Shown piece after piece: positions 9,617-17,937 of a stretch of 64,000 bases of DNA. Origin of the DNA: Vulcanimicrobiota bacterium (GTDB lineage Bacteria; Vulcanimicrobiota; Vulcanimicrobiia; Vulcanimicrobiales; Vulcanimicrobiaceae); contig CAWHMK010000002.1 in assembly GCA_963830545.1 (NCBI GenBank), forward strand, positions 25,749-89,748. The letters run 5' to 3'. How positions within the stretch are numbered: the first letter of the stretch is position 1; each line of letters opens with the position of its first letter. The position numbers and the translations under genes are program-made. The notes under the pieces were generated by a model. The model made no database searches. It was not told the origin of the DNA and saw only the letters and a program-made list of their open reading frames with translations.

Positions 9617-10872
9617 GCAAACGACAAGGCGCACTCGCATTCATATTGATCACGGTTTCGTTCGACATGCTCGCGTTCGGCATTCTCGCGCCTGTCTTGC
9701 CGAAGCTCGTCCTCACGTTCTTGGGCGGTCACATGGCGGACGCAGCAAAGTGGTTCGGCATATTCGGCACGGTGTTTGCGCTGATGCAGCTCGTCTTTTC
9801 GCCCGTGCTCGGCATGCTCTCCGATCGATTCGGCCGCCGGCCGGTGATCATTCTTTCGAATCTCGGGACGGGATTGGATTACATTATCATGGCGATGGCG
9901 CCCACGATTTGGTGGCTCTTTCTCGGACGCGTGATCGCAGGTCTGACCACGTCGAGCATTACCACGGCCTATGCCTACATCACGGACGTAACCTCGCCTG
10001 CCAAGCGGGCCGGCGCGATGGGTATGGTCGGCGCGGCATTCGGCATCGGCTTCATCGTCGGTCCCGCAATCGGCGGCGTGCTCGGGAACATCGATCCGCG
10101 CCTGCCGTTTTGGGTCTGCGCCGGCCTCAGCATTGCGAACGCGCTCTACGGCTTCTTCATCCTGCCCGAGTCGCTCAAGCCCGATCATCGTCAAACGCAG
10201 TTTGCGTGGAAACGCGCAAACCCGTTAGGCGCGCTCAAACTGCTGCGCTCGCACCCCGAGCTCGCCAAACTCGCCGTCATCAACTTCATCGAATACGTGG
10301 CTCACGAAGTTCTGCCGGTGGTATTCACCCTGTACGTGATGTACCGCTACAAGTGGAATCTCGCACAAGTCGGATGGTCGCTCGCGGTGGTAGGCCTGAG
10401 CATTGCCGTCGTGCAGAGCGTTGTGATGCAGCCCGTCGTCTCACGGCTCGGCGAACGGCGCGCACTCATCGTGGGTTTGGTATTCGGCACATGCTCGTTT
10501 GCACTGACGGGTCTTGCGTCCAACGGCATCGTCGTACTTGCCGCGATCGTGCTGATGGCGCTGTGGGGCCTCGCGGGGCCGTCCGCGCAGTCGCTGATGA
10601 CGCACCGCGTATCGGTAAAGGAGCAGGGCGAATTGCAAGGCGCGCTCGGCAGCATGCGCAGCACTGCAATGCTGATCGGCCCCGGCCTATTCTCCGCGAT
10701 GTTCGCGTATTCAATAGACGTGAAAGCGCATGCATGGCAAGTGCCCGGCGCGGCGTGGTTTTTGGCGGCTTTGCTGCTCGCCGTTACCGTTGTACTCGCG
10801 GTGAACGTAGGAGAGCACCAGGGATCGCGCGGACATGGGACGGCCGGGTCACACGCGGTTGCAGCCGACTAA
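9613..10872 (+). CDS. MFS efflux transporter (DHA1/TetA-like)
   Basis: Start ATG 9613 (MSKRQGALAFIL..). About 12 hydrophobic segments. MFS motif A GMLSDRFGRRPV. Confidence 0.85.
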   Translation: MSKRQGALAFILITVSFDMLAFGILAPVLPKLVLTFLGGHMADAAKWFGIFGTVFALMQLVFSPVLGMLSDRFGRRPVIILSNLGTGLDYIIMAMAPTIWWLFLGRVIAGLTTSSITTAYAYITDVTSPAKRAGAMGMVGAAFGIGFIVGPAIGGVLGNIDPRLPFWVCAGLSIANALYGFFILPESLKPDHRQTQFAWKRANPLGALKLLRSHPELAKLAVINFIEYVAHEVLPVVFTLYVMYRYKWNLAQVGWSLAVVGLSIAVVQSVVMQPVVSRLGERRALIVGLVFGTCSFALTGLASNGIVVLAAIVLMALWGLAGPSAQSLMTHRVSVKEQGELQGALGSMRSTAMLIGPGLFSAMFAYSIDVKAHAWQVPGAAWFLAALLLAVTVVLAVNVGEHQGSRGHGTAGSHAVAAD

Positions 10873-10891
10873 CGTACCTGGCAAGCATGTT

Positions 10892-10918
10892 TTGGCGATA
10901 CGTCGCGCGTGGTATACT
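10892..10918 (+). promoter_or_regulatory. Candidate extended -10 promoter
   Basis: TTGGCG (10892..10897), 15-nt spacer, TGgTATACT (10910..10918). Pattern match only. Confidence 0.3.
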
Positions 10919-10964
10919 ATCCGCGTAAGTAACGCGAGAGGTTAGTCCAATGGCGTAGCTTAGC

Positions 10965-10997
10965 GGCCGTGGTTATCGACCACGGCCTTCTCTTTTT
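10965..10997 (+). terminator. Intrinsic terminator-like stem-loop
   Basis: GGCCGTGGT-TATCG-ACCACGGCC followed by TTCTCTTTTT. Lies 16 nt upstream of the GTG at 11013. Confidence 0.7.
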
Positions 10998-11012
10998 GGG
11001 TATTCTGCCCGC

Positions 11013-11945
11013 GTGTCCGATCTCTACGATGCCGTCGTCGTGGGCGGCGGCGCTGCAGGCTTGAGTGCAGCGCTCACCCTCGGTCGCGCATGCCGCCGTA
11101 CGCTCGTGCTCGACGAGGGCCGTCCGCGCAATGCGGTCGCCGAACGCATGCACGGAATGATCTCGCGCGACGGCATTCCGCCGCTCGAGCTGCTCGCCGT
11201 AGCCCGCGCCGAACTCAACCGCTACGAAAACGTCGGGTTCGTTCCGGCGCGTGTGGATGCGATATCAGGCGAAGCCGGAGCGTTCGAGGTGCGCGCAGGA
11301 GATTCCGCGGTCTATCGCGCTCGAAGCGTGCTGCTCGCCACGGGCGTGTACGACGCGCTGCCAGCGATCGAGGGATTGCAGGAGGCGTGGGGCCGCACCG
11401 CGTTCGTGTGTCCGTACTGCGACGGATGGGAAATGCGCGGCAAGCGCATTGCGGTCGTCGGCGACGGAACGAAAGCCGTCGAGCTGGCCTGCGAATTGCG
11501 GCAGTGGAGCCGGGACATCATCGTGTGTGCGCAAGGACACGATGCGCTCGATGCGGACCATCTGGAATGGCTGAAAGCAACGAATACGCCTCTCGTGGTG
11601 CACGCGATTCGGCGCATTCACGCGAGCGAGGGAAACGTGCAGCGCGTCGAGTTCGAAGGGGGCGAGGAGGAACGCTGCGATGCGATCTTCTTCAGCGCGC
11701 CGCTTCGTCCGCGCTACCCGCTCGTCGACATGCTCGGATGCAAGCTCCGTCAGGATGGCGAAGTCGAGATCGACGAGCGGGGCCGCACGTCCACTGCCGG
11801 CGTCTATGCCGCTGGAGATCTCGTCACGACGGTGCATCAAGTCGTACTTGCTGCGGCAAGCGGCGTTTGCGCGGCGATGGCCCTCAACGAAGATCGCGTT
11901 CGCGAAGAGGCACGCGCAGCCGTCCGCCACACGCTAGACCGCTGA
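11013..11945 (+). CDS. FAD/NAD(P)-dependent disulfide oxidoreductase, thioredoxin-reductase-like (CPYC redox motif)
   Basis: 310 aa from GTG. DAVVVGGGAAGLSAA, FVCPYCDGWE, second Rossmann IAVVGDGTKAVELA, GVYAAGD. Confidence 0.8.
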   Translation: MSDLYDAVVVGGGAAGLSAALTLGRACRRTLVLDEGRPRNAVAERMHGMISRDGIPPLELLAVARAELNRYENVGFVPARVDAISGEAGAFEVRAGDSAVYRARSVLLATGVYDALPAIEGLQEAWGRTAFVCPYCDGWEMRGKRIAVVGDGTKAVELACELRQWSRDIIVCAQGHDALDADHLEWLKATNTPLVVHAIRRIHASEGNVQRVEFEGGEEERCDAIFFSAPLRPRYPLVDMLGCKLRQDGEVEIDERGRTSTAGVYAAGDLVTTVHQVVLAAASGVCAAMALNEDRVREEARAAVRHTLDR

Positions 11946-11970
11946 GCTGCCGACGCCGTTTAATCGCACT

Positions 11971-12576
11971 ATGCCCGGGTACGCCGAATCCATGGCAACG
12001 ACAAATCGGTTAGAAGGCATGCGCGTGGCTATTCTCGCGGCCGACATGTTCGAGCAAGTGGAATTGACGCAACCGCGCGAAGCATTGCAGGGTGCGGGCG
12101 CGCAGACGGTGCTCGTTTCGCTGAAAGACGGCGAGGTGCAGGGCGCCAATCACCATGACAAAGCCGACCGCTTCCCGGTAGACATGACGCTGGATTCCGC
12201 GAATCCGGAGCAGTTCGACGCCCTCCTGCTGCCGGGTGGTGTCGCAAATCCGGACCAGCTTCGAATGAATCCCAAAGCCGTGCAGTTCGTAAAATCGTTT
12301 TTCGACGCCGGCAAACCGGTTGCGGCGATCTGCCACGCACCGTGGACGCTCGTCGAGGCCGACGTCGTGCGCGGCCGGCGTGTCACGTCCTGGCCGTCGC
12401 TGCAAACCGATCTTCGCAACGCCGGCGCGAATTGGGTCGACGAAGTCAACGTGACGGATCAAAACCTCACGACCAGCCGAAAGCCCGACGACATTCCGAA
12501 ATTCAACGAAGCGATGCTGCGCCTTTTCGAGGCATCGCGAACGCGAGGCGAACTGCAGCAGATGCAGCGCACGTAA
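11971..12576 (+). CDS. DJ-1/PfpI family protein
   Basis: VAILAADMFEQVEL, LLLPGG, nucleophile elbow AAICHAPW. ATG 11992 (MATTNRLEG..) is an equally plausible start. Confidence 0.85.
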   Translation: MPGYAESMATTNRLEGMRVAILAADMFEQVELTQPREALQGAGAQTVLVSLKDGEVQGANHHDKADRFPVDMTLDSANPEQFDALLLPGGVANPDQLRMNPKAVQFVKSFFDAGKPVAAICHAPWTLVEADVVRGRRVTSWPSLQTDLRNAGANWVDEVNVTDQNLTTSRKPDDIPKFNEAMLRLFEASRTRGELQQMQRT

Positions 12577-12611
12577 GAACTACAGCATAGCGCACCTCCC
12601 CGAGACGATAA

Positions 12612-12639
12612 GGGGGACTCGCGACCGGGCGAGTCCCCC
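12612..12639. other. GC-rich hairpin (11-bp stem)
   Basis: GGGGGACTCGC (12612..12622) pairs with GCGAGTCCCCC (12629..12639), 6-nt loop. No clear U-tract on either strand. Lies between convergent pfpI-like and pilQ genes. Confidence 0.5.
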
Positions 12640-12652
12640 TGGGTGGAAATTC

Positions 12653-12802
12653 ATGGACCGCAATCTCGGCGCTCCGAATCGCCGCATACCTCCCGACGTT
12701 CAGCCGAAAGGCTCGACCAGCCGCGATCTCGAGCGCGAGGAAGAGCAGGATCGCGATGGCACGCCGGAGACGTCCGACGTTTCAGAACCGGATTATGACT
12801 GA
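12653..12802 (+). CDS. Hypothetical small acidic protein (49 aa)
   Basis: Below ORF-track cutoff. ATG 12653 with GGTGGA 6 nt upstream. MDRNLGAPNRRIPPDVQPKGSTSRDLEREEEQDRDGTPETSDVSEPDYD. No recognisable family. Confidence 0.3.
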   Translation: MDRNLGAPNRRIPPDVQPKGSTSRDLEREEEQDRDGTPETSDVSEPDYD

Positions 12803-12814
12803 CCGCAGTCGGCA

Positions 12815-14200
12815 CTAATGGGTCGGCGGCGGTGTATTCGGAAAAATGACGTGGGGCGTGATGAGAAAAACGACCTCGTCGCGCGTACGCGTATGCTCGC
12901 GGTTCTGAAAGATCTTTCCGAAAACGGGAATGTCCGCCAGAAACGGAATTTTCGTCACCGTTTGTGAGTCGATGTCGCGAAGCAGGCCGCCCAGCACGAT
13001 GGTCTGATTGTCCTTGACGCGCAAGGTCGAATCGACTTTGCGATTCGCGATCACGGGATACCCGCCGACGAAGCCTTGAATTGCGCTGTACTCCGGATGC
13101 ATCTCCGCGGTAACGCTCCCATCTGGGCCGATCGTCGGCGTCAGCCTCAGCTTCACGCCGACGTCGACGAATTGCACTTGCTGCCCGCCCAGCCGGGCAT
13201 CGTAGTACACGACCGGATACGTTTGCCCGATGAGCAAGTCCGCTTCTTTATTGTTGATCGTCACGAGCTTCGGCGTGGCCAGAATTTGCGCGCGGCCTTG
13301 GCTCACGAGTGCATTGAGCGTCGCATTCACGGCGATGGAGTTGTGGGCGAAGGCGTACGTGGCGGCACCGCTTATGGGCTGGCCGGACAAATCGTAGCCG
13401 CCGAACTGCACGCCGACGTTGCTCTGCTCGTTGATGGGTTCGATGTCCGCCACTCGAACCTCGAATAAGACTTGCGGACTTGGAACGTCCATGCTGCGCA
13501 GGAATTGTGCGGCGGAGTGCTGCGTCTCTTCGTTGCCGCTGACGACGATGGCATTCTGCGCGTCGTCGGCGACGTACGATCCGTCCGGAAGCACCCCTTT
13601 GAGCGCCGAATCGACCTCGGATGGTTTGAGATACCGCAGCTTGTAGACGTGAGCCAAGTTTTCCGAACCGGCGGCGTACGCCGGTTCATCGAGCGCCGCC
13701 ACCAGTTGTCGTGCGCGCACGATCGTGTCGGCGTTGCCCGTAACGATCACGCTTGCGGTCCGCCGATCTGCTACGATGACGGTGCCGTCCGGAAGACCCG
13801 AAGCGATCTCTTTGGAGACGTCGCCGGGGCTCGCATGCGAAAGCCGGAGGACAACTGTCTGAGCGCCTTGCGGATCGCCTTGGCCGCCGTAGCGCCGGTT
13901 CATCGAATCGCTGCTTCCGATGATGAGAATGCCGTTCTCGCGGCGCACTTGCAGGTCGTGGGACTGGACCAGCGCGGTAAGTGCATTCTCGAACGTCACG
14001 TCGTGCAGGTGCAAGGTAACCGTTTCGGGTTTGATTGATGAATCGGCAACGACGTTCGTGCCGGACTGCGCGGCGAGCAGCGCTATGACGTCGGCAAGCT
14101 GTGCGTCCTGGACGTCGATGCTGATGCGGGCACTTTGAGCGCCGCACGGAAGTCGAACGGCAACGAGCAGCGCGGCCACTGCCAAAAGCTTGCGCATCAT
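12815..14200 (-). CDS. pilQ: Type IV pilus secretin
   Basis: Start ATG 14200 (MMRKLLAVAALLVAV signal) overlapping the upstream stop (ATGA). Secretin C-domain ATPKLVTINNKEADLLIGQTYPV .. KIPFLADIPVFGKIFQ. Confidence 0.9.
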   Translation of the reverse strand: MMRKLLAVAALLVAVRLPCGAQSARISIDVQDAQLADVIALLAAQSGTNVVADSSIKPETVTLHLHDVTFENALTALVQSHDLQVRRENGILIIGSSDSMNRRYGGQGDPQGAQTVVLRLSHASPGDVSKEIASGLPDGTVIVADRRTASVIVTGNADTIVRARQLVAALDEPAYAAGSENLAHVYKLRYLKPSEVDSALKGVLPDGSYVADDAQNAIVVSGNEETQHSAAQFLRSMDVPSPQVLFEVRVADIEPINEQSNVGVQFGGYDLSGQPISGAATYAFAHNSIAVNATLNALVSQGRAQILATPKLVTINNKEADLLIGQTYPVVYYDARLGGQQVQFVDVGVKLRLTPTIGPDGSVTAEMHPEYSAIQGFVGGYPVIANRKVDSTLRVKDNQTIVLGGLLRDIDSQTVTKIPFLADIPVFGKIFQNREHTRTRDEVVFLITPHVIFPNTPPPTH

Positions 14201-14685
14201 CGACGGGGCACGTCTAAAGCGAGCACTTTCCCGTTCTGCAGGCGCACCCCGGCGCGGTCTATGGCCAACACACGCTCGCCCCCGATCGTATCGCCGACGC
14301 CGATGACGCGAACCTGCGATCCGTCGTCGATCAATGCGCGCGGCGATGTGCCGGAAACGATCGCTTTCACCAGCGGATTCAGGGGAACCGTAAAGCCAAT
14401 CGGCTGTCCTCGCGTTACATGCATTCCGACAACCGGAACCGCTGGGTCGGTCTGCGAATACGACGTCGTCTCCGGCACGAACGGATCTCGTGCGACGTTG
14501 ACCGGCTGCGCCTTCCACGTTGCTGTCAGTGAAGGCGAGTTGAAACGCTCGTTCAGCACGCTGCGGCGGTCTGCGAGTTCAAACGAAGAACGTCCGGCAA
14601 GCGGCGCAAGGCACAGCGGTATCGCGCACAGGAACGCAGACAGCTGCAGACAACGCCTGCGCAGCGGATCAGGGAGCGGTCGCAA
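14197..14685 (-). CDS. PilP-like periplasmic pilus alignment protein (positional call)
   Basis: TTG 14685 preceded by AAGGAGG (14698..14692). Signal-like LSAFLCAIPLCLAPLAG. Beta-rich C-terminus GDTIGGERVLAIDRAGVRLQNG. Sits between pilO-like and pilQ. Confidence 0.5.
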   Translation of the reverse strand: MRPLPDPLRRRCLQLSAFLCAIPLCLAPLAGRSSFELADRRSVLNERFNSPSLTATWKAQPVNVARDPFVPETTSYSQTDPAVPVVGMHVTRGQPIGFTVPLNPLVKAIVSGTSPRALIDDGSQVRVIGVGDTIGGERVLAIDRAGVRLQNGKVLALDVPRR

Positions 14686-15271
14686 CGCGCACCTCCTTAT
14701 GTGAATCGGTTCGCAATCGGTACAAGGTCGCGTGAATCGTCGCGTCCAGACGCGGGTCGGAAGCATCTTGGCGGCCTTCTCGGTCGACCATCATCTCTGT
14801 GTCCGAAACGTCTATCAACGTCGAATGATGCGACAGATCTTCGACCAAGCGCAGCAGACTGCGAAACTTCCCCTGCGCGCGAATGGTCAGCCCGGTAGCG
14901 TCCAGTCCCTGGACGGGAAGCGCTCCCGCCGGCACTGGTTCCACCCCAAGAACGGTAGTTTTCAAACTCGCAGCCGACCTTTGCAGCGCGCCAAGAAAAT
15001 CCGCGGTCGTCCCCGAGAGCGTGACGTCGCGAGATATGCGCGCAAGGTCCTCGTCTGCTTGCACTTCGATCTCGTGCAAGCCGGCAGATTCTCGTATGAG
15101 CCGCGCATCTGCAAGCGTTTCACGGTACAGCGTTTCCGTACGCGCGTAGGTCGACGTAATAGCCGCCTGGTAGCGCGATTGCACCAACCAGGATCCGCCG
15201 CCCAGCGCGCAGAGCGCAAGTAACCACACCGCTCGAACGTCGTCTCCAGCGCGAGGACGCAACCCGAGCAT
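14669..15271 (-). CDS. PilO-like pilus assembly protein
   Basis: 200 aa with N-terminal TM (VWLLALCALGGGSWLV), then a coiled segment. Position after the pilN-like gene, 1-nt overlap. Confidence 0.6.
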   Translation of the reverse strand: MLGLRPRAGDDVRAVWLLALCALGGGSWLVQSRYQAAITSTYARTETLYRETLADARLIRESAGLHEIEVQADEDLARISRDVTLSGTTADFLGALQRSAASLKTTVLGVEPVPAGALPVQGLDATGLTIRAQGKFRSLLRLVEDLSHHSTLIDVSDTEMMVDREGRQDASDPRLDATIHATLYRLRTDSHKEVRVATAP

Positions 15272-15828
15272 CAGCGTGCCGCCTCGTCGAGGTGAATCAG
15301 ATAGTTTATCGACGCGAGTCCCGCCGCGGGTTTATCCAGAGTGGCATTCACCAATCTCGGACTATGTACGTTTTTCGCGTGCATGAGTCGGTGCATCACC
15401 GCGCCCAGCACGATCAGATCCTTGGCCTGACCAGAGAGCGCCAGACCATCGTCCTGGTGCGAAATACCGGTCAGCCACGCGTGCGCGGGCAGATCGTTTG
15501 CAATCTCGGCCAGCATGCGGGCATCGGCATCGCCCGATGCGGCGATGCGCCGAATGCCCCGATCGAGGTTCGCCGCGGCGCGAACACGCTCGTAATAGAC
15601 ATTTTGCGCCGCGAGCGCAGTCTGCGCGCGATCGTAGCGCAGTTCGTAAACGGCCTGGACGGCCGCGGCCTCGCGCAAACGGCAAGCCTCAATACTCCAG
15701 GCCCCGCAGACGATCGTCATTGCGCCGGCCAGCGCAAAGAGCGCCGCATGAAATCGCTCGGGAATGTGCGCTTCCAGCAAACGGCTCAGAAAAACCGGCC
15801 GCGCGGCGTGCAGGTAATCGAAACGCAT
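15271..15828 (-). CDS. PilN-like pilus assembly protein
   Basis: Start ATG 15828. Single TM (FHAALFALAGAMTIVCGAW) followed by a coiled-coil. Position after pilM. Confidence 0.65.
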   Translation of the reverse strand: MRFDYLHAARPVFLSRLLEAHIPERFHAALFALAGAMTIVCGAWSIEACRLREAAAVQAVYELRYDRAQTALAAQNVYYERVRAAANLDRGIRRIAASGDADARMLAEIANDLPAHAWLTGISHQDDGLALSGQAKDLIVLGAVMHRLMHAKNVHSPRLVNATLDKPAAGLASINYLIHLDEAAR

Positions 15829-15830
15829 CG

Positions 15831-16781
15831 TCAATTTACACTCCAAAGCGCAAGCCCGGCGGCAAGCGTCCAATCGGGCGCGCTGGAACGAACGACGTCT
15901 TCCGGGTACATGCCGCCTCGCAGCGTGTCGCACACGGGAATTTCGCAATGCGCTCCGGTGGCGAACTCCAGGTCGGCGGCAAGGCCGGTAAGCCTGGCTG
16001 CATTTCCTACCAGCGCAACGCGGCTTACGATCTGCGTCGTTCTGGCCTGCTGAATCAGCGCACCAATATCCGAGAGCAGCGCGGTTCGCGCCCCTTCACC
16101 CCCGCCGGCGGTGCCCAAAATCCGCTTACGTTTTTCGGCGGTGCGTTCGTCCAGTGAAAGTTCGCGCTCGATCCCGCGCGTTACGTCGGCGCCTCCGGCG
16201 TATGCTTGCAGCGTCACCGGCGCGTGCGCCGTGAGAACGTGTAAACTCGTGCGCTGGTGGCCGACGTCGACGATCGCGTGGAAGCCGGGAAGAGCTCGCG
16301 CCAAAGCGCACGCTTCGTGATCGATCGCCACGACCTTCAGCCCTGCCGCGCGGAGAGCGGCTAGGCGGAAAGCGAGAGCCGAGGCCCGAGCGATTCCCAG
16401 TGCCCAGAGACCGGCGTTCGGATCGATCGGATGGACGCGCACGACGCTCTCGTCGGCTGGATAGTCGACGTAACGTGCGGCTTCAAAGCGAGCCGCGCGC
16501 TCGCGTTCCATGCTGGTCATCTTCGGAAACGTGACCGCCCGGAGGAGCGCGTCGGGTTCTCCAAGTGCGCAGACGCAACGCCGCTGCGCGGTGCCCAGCT
16601 CCCGCAATGCGTCTTCGAGGACCGCGGCAACGTATTCAGGCTCGCAATTCACGAACGTGGACGAGGCTGCGGCATCTCGAACCACGACACGGCGAATTCT
16701 GGCCGCTTCGCCCGCGTACTCCGCCTCGCATACGCGAATTCGCGTTGTTCCCAGGTCGATTCCGAGGGGGAGACGGCGCAT
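15831..16781 (-). CDS. pilM: Type IV pilus assembly ATPase-fold protein PilM
   Basis: Start ATG 16781. Actin-like fold LGIDLGTTRIRV .. VVAIDHEACALARAL .. ALVGNAARLTGLA. Confidence 0.85.
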   Translation of the reverse strand: MRRLPLGIDLGTTRIRVCEAEYAGEAARIRRVVVRDAAASSTFVNCEPEYVAAVLEDALRELGTAQRRCVCALGEPDALLRAVTFPKMTSMERERAARFEAARYVDYPADESVVRVHPIDPNAGLWALGIARASALAFRLAALRAAGLKVVAIDHEACALARALPGFHAIVDVGHQRTSLHVLTAHAPVTLQAYAGGADVTRGIERELSLDERTAEKRKRILGTAGGGEGARTALLSDIGALIQQARTTQIVSRVALVGNAARLTGLAADLEFATGAHCEIPVCDTLRGGMYPEDVVRSSAPDWTLAAGLALWSVN

Positions 16782-16783
16782 CT

Positions 16784-17401
16784 TCACAGCGGTTTGCCGT
16801 GGAGCACGACGAGGCTCATCCCTGCTGCCAAGTATGGTGCGAATCGTATCTCCGTTTCGCGGGTTGCTCTGCGGCTCGCCAACAGATACGACGCATACAC
16901 GCCGCCGATGACGAACGCGATGCCGATAGCCTCCATCCCGGGCAGCGCGCCTGCCGCGCCGCCGATGCAGCATCCGAGTTTGACGTCGCCTAGCCCGATT
17001 CCGCGCCCGCGAGTAATCGCGTACAGCGCCGCAAGGACGCCGCCGCCCGAAGCCGCCCCCACGGCGAATCCTTGCGCATCGTGCGCGAAAAGCGACACGG
17101 CGAGCATCGCGAGCACGCTGGGAAGCGTGACGGCGTCAAAGACGTATCCGCACGCGACGTCGCACGCGGCACCCACGACCACGGCACCGAACCCGGCGAT
17201 CAGCAGTGCTTCCGCGAGGGAATTCGGCGTCACGAGCACAGCGATGCAGCCGATGACCGTTCCGGCGAGCAATATCGCAAGTCGCATCCCGCGAAACACG
17301 GAGAAATGCAATCCATACTGCCTGCCCGCAATAACGCCGGCCGTCACGTAGACGCCGTTTGCGATTAGGACGCAGGAGAGGAGCAATGCCGTGTGCGTCA
17401 C
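16784..17401 (-). CDS. Prepilin peptidase (A24 family), short form without methyltransferase domain
   Basis: GAACDVACGYVFDAVTLP and GLGDVKLG catalytic-Asp motifs. 205 aa from GTG 17401 (GTGA overlap with upstream stop). No N-terminal Cys-rich domain. Confidence 0.8.
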   Translation of the reverse strand: MTHTALLLSCVLIANGVYVTAGVIAGRQYGLHFSVFRGMRLAILLAGTVIGCIAVLVTPNSLAEALLIAGFGAVVVGAACDVACGYVFDAVTLPSVLAMLAVSLFAHDAQGFAVGAASGGGVLAALYAITRGRGIGLGDVKLGCCIGGAAGALPGMEAIGIAFVIGGVYASYLLASRRATRETEIRFAPYLAAGMSLVVLHGKPL

Positions 17402-17937
17402 GTACGCCGGTCCTTCAATGCAATCAAGGCGGGAACGTAGTGGGGCCGCATCCGTAGCGCTGCTCGCCACAAGGCAACAGCTGCCGCATGCCGTCCCTGC
17501 CGCTCGGCAGCCCACCCGGCGAAGACGTAATTTTCCGACGAATTTGTAACACGTGCAGAGCGCTCGAAGTCGGCCTGCGCGAGCGCGTACCGTCGCGCGT
17601 GCAGATAGCATAAAGCGCGATCCGCGAGGAGCAGTGCATCGTTTTGATTCACGTCCAGATAGCGCGTCGCGACGGCAATCGCATGTTCGAGCGCGTGTGG
17701 CGAACGCGACTGCATGCTGACGAAAACGTAACGATCTGCTGCAACTTGCGCACCGGGAAAAATGGACAGCGCGCGACGGTACCGTTCGAGCGCCTGCAGA
17801 ACGCTTCCGCGGTACAGGTACTCGTCTCCGCGCACGACGAGCGCCTCGGCTATTTCGCGTCGAAACATCAGTGCGGCGACACACAAGGAGACGATCGCGA
17901 TCCCGAGACGCCGGCCGCGCGAAAACTCGCGGTTCAT
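17398..17937 (-). CDS. Membrane-anchored TPR protein (possible PilF/PilW-type assembly factor)
   Basis: ATG 17937 (ATGA overlap with ccdA stop). TM LGIAIVSLCVAALMF, then TPR-like repeats (ALERYRRALSIFP, AVALWRAALRMRPHY). The functional call is positional. Confidence 0.6.
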   Translation of the reverse strand: MNREFSRGRRLGIAIVSLCVAALMFRREIAEALVVRGDEYLYRGSVLQALERYRRALSIFPGAQVAADRYVFVSMQSRSPHALEHAIAVATRYLDVNQNDALLLADRALCYLHARRYALAQADFERSARVTNSSENYVFAGWAAERQGRHAAAVALWRAALRMRPHYVPALIALKDRRT

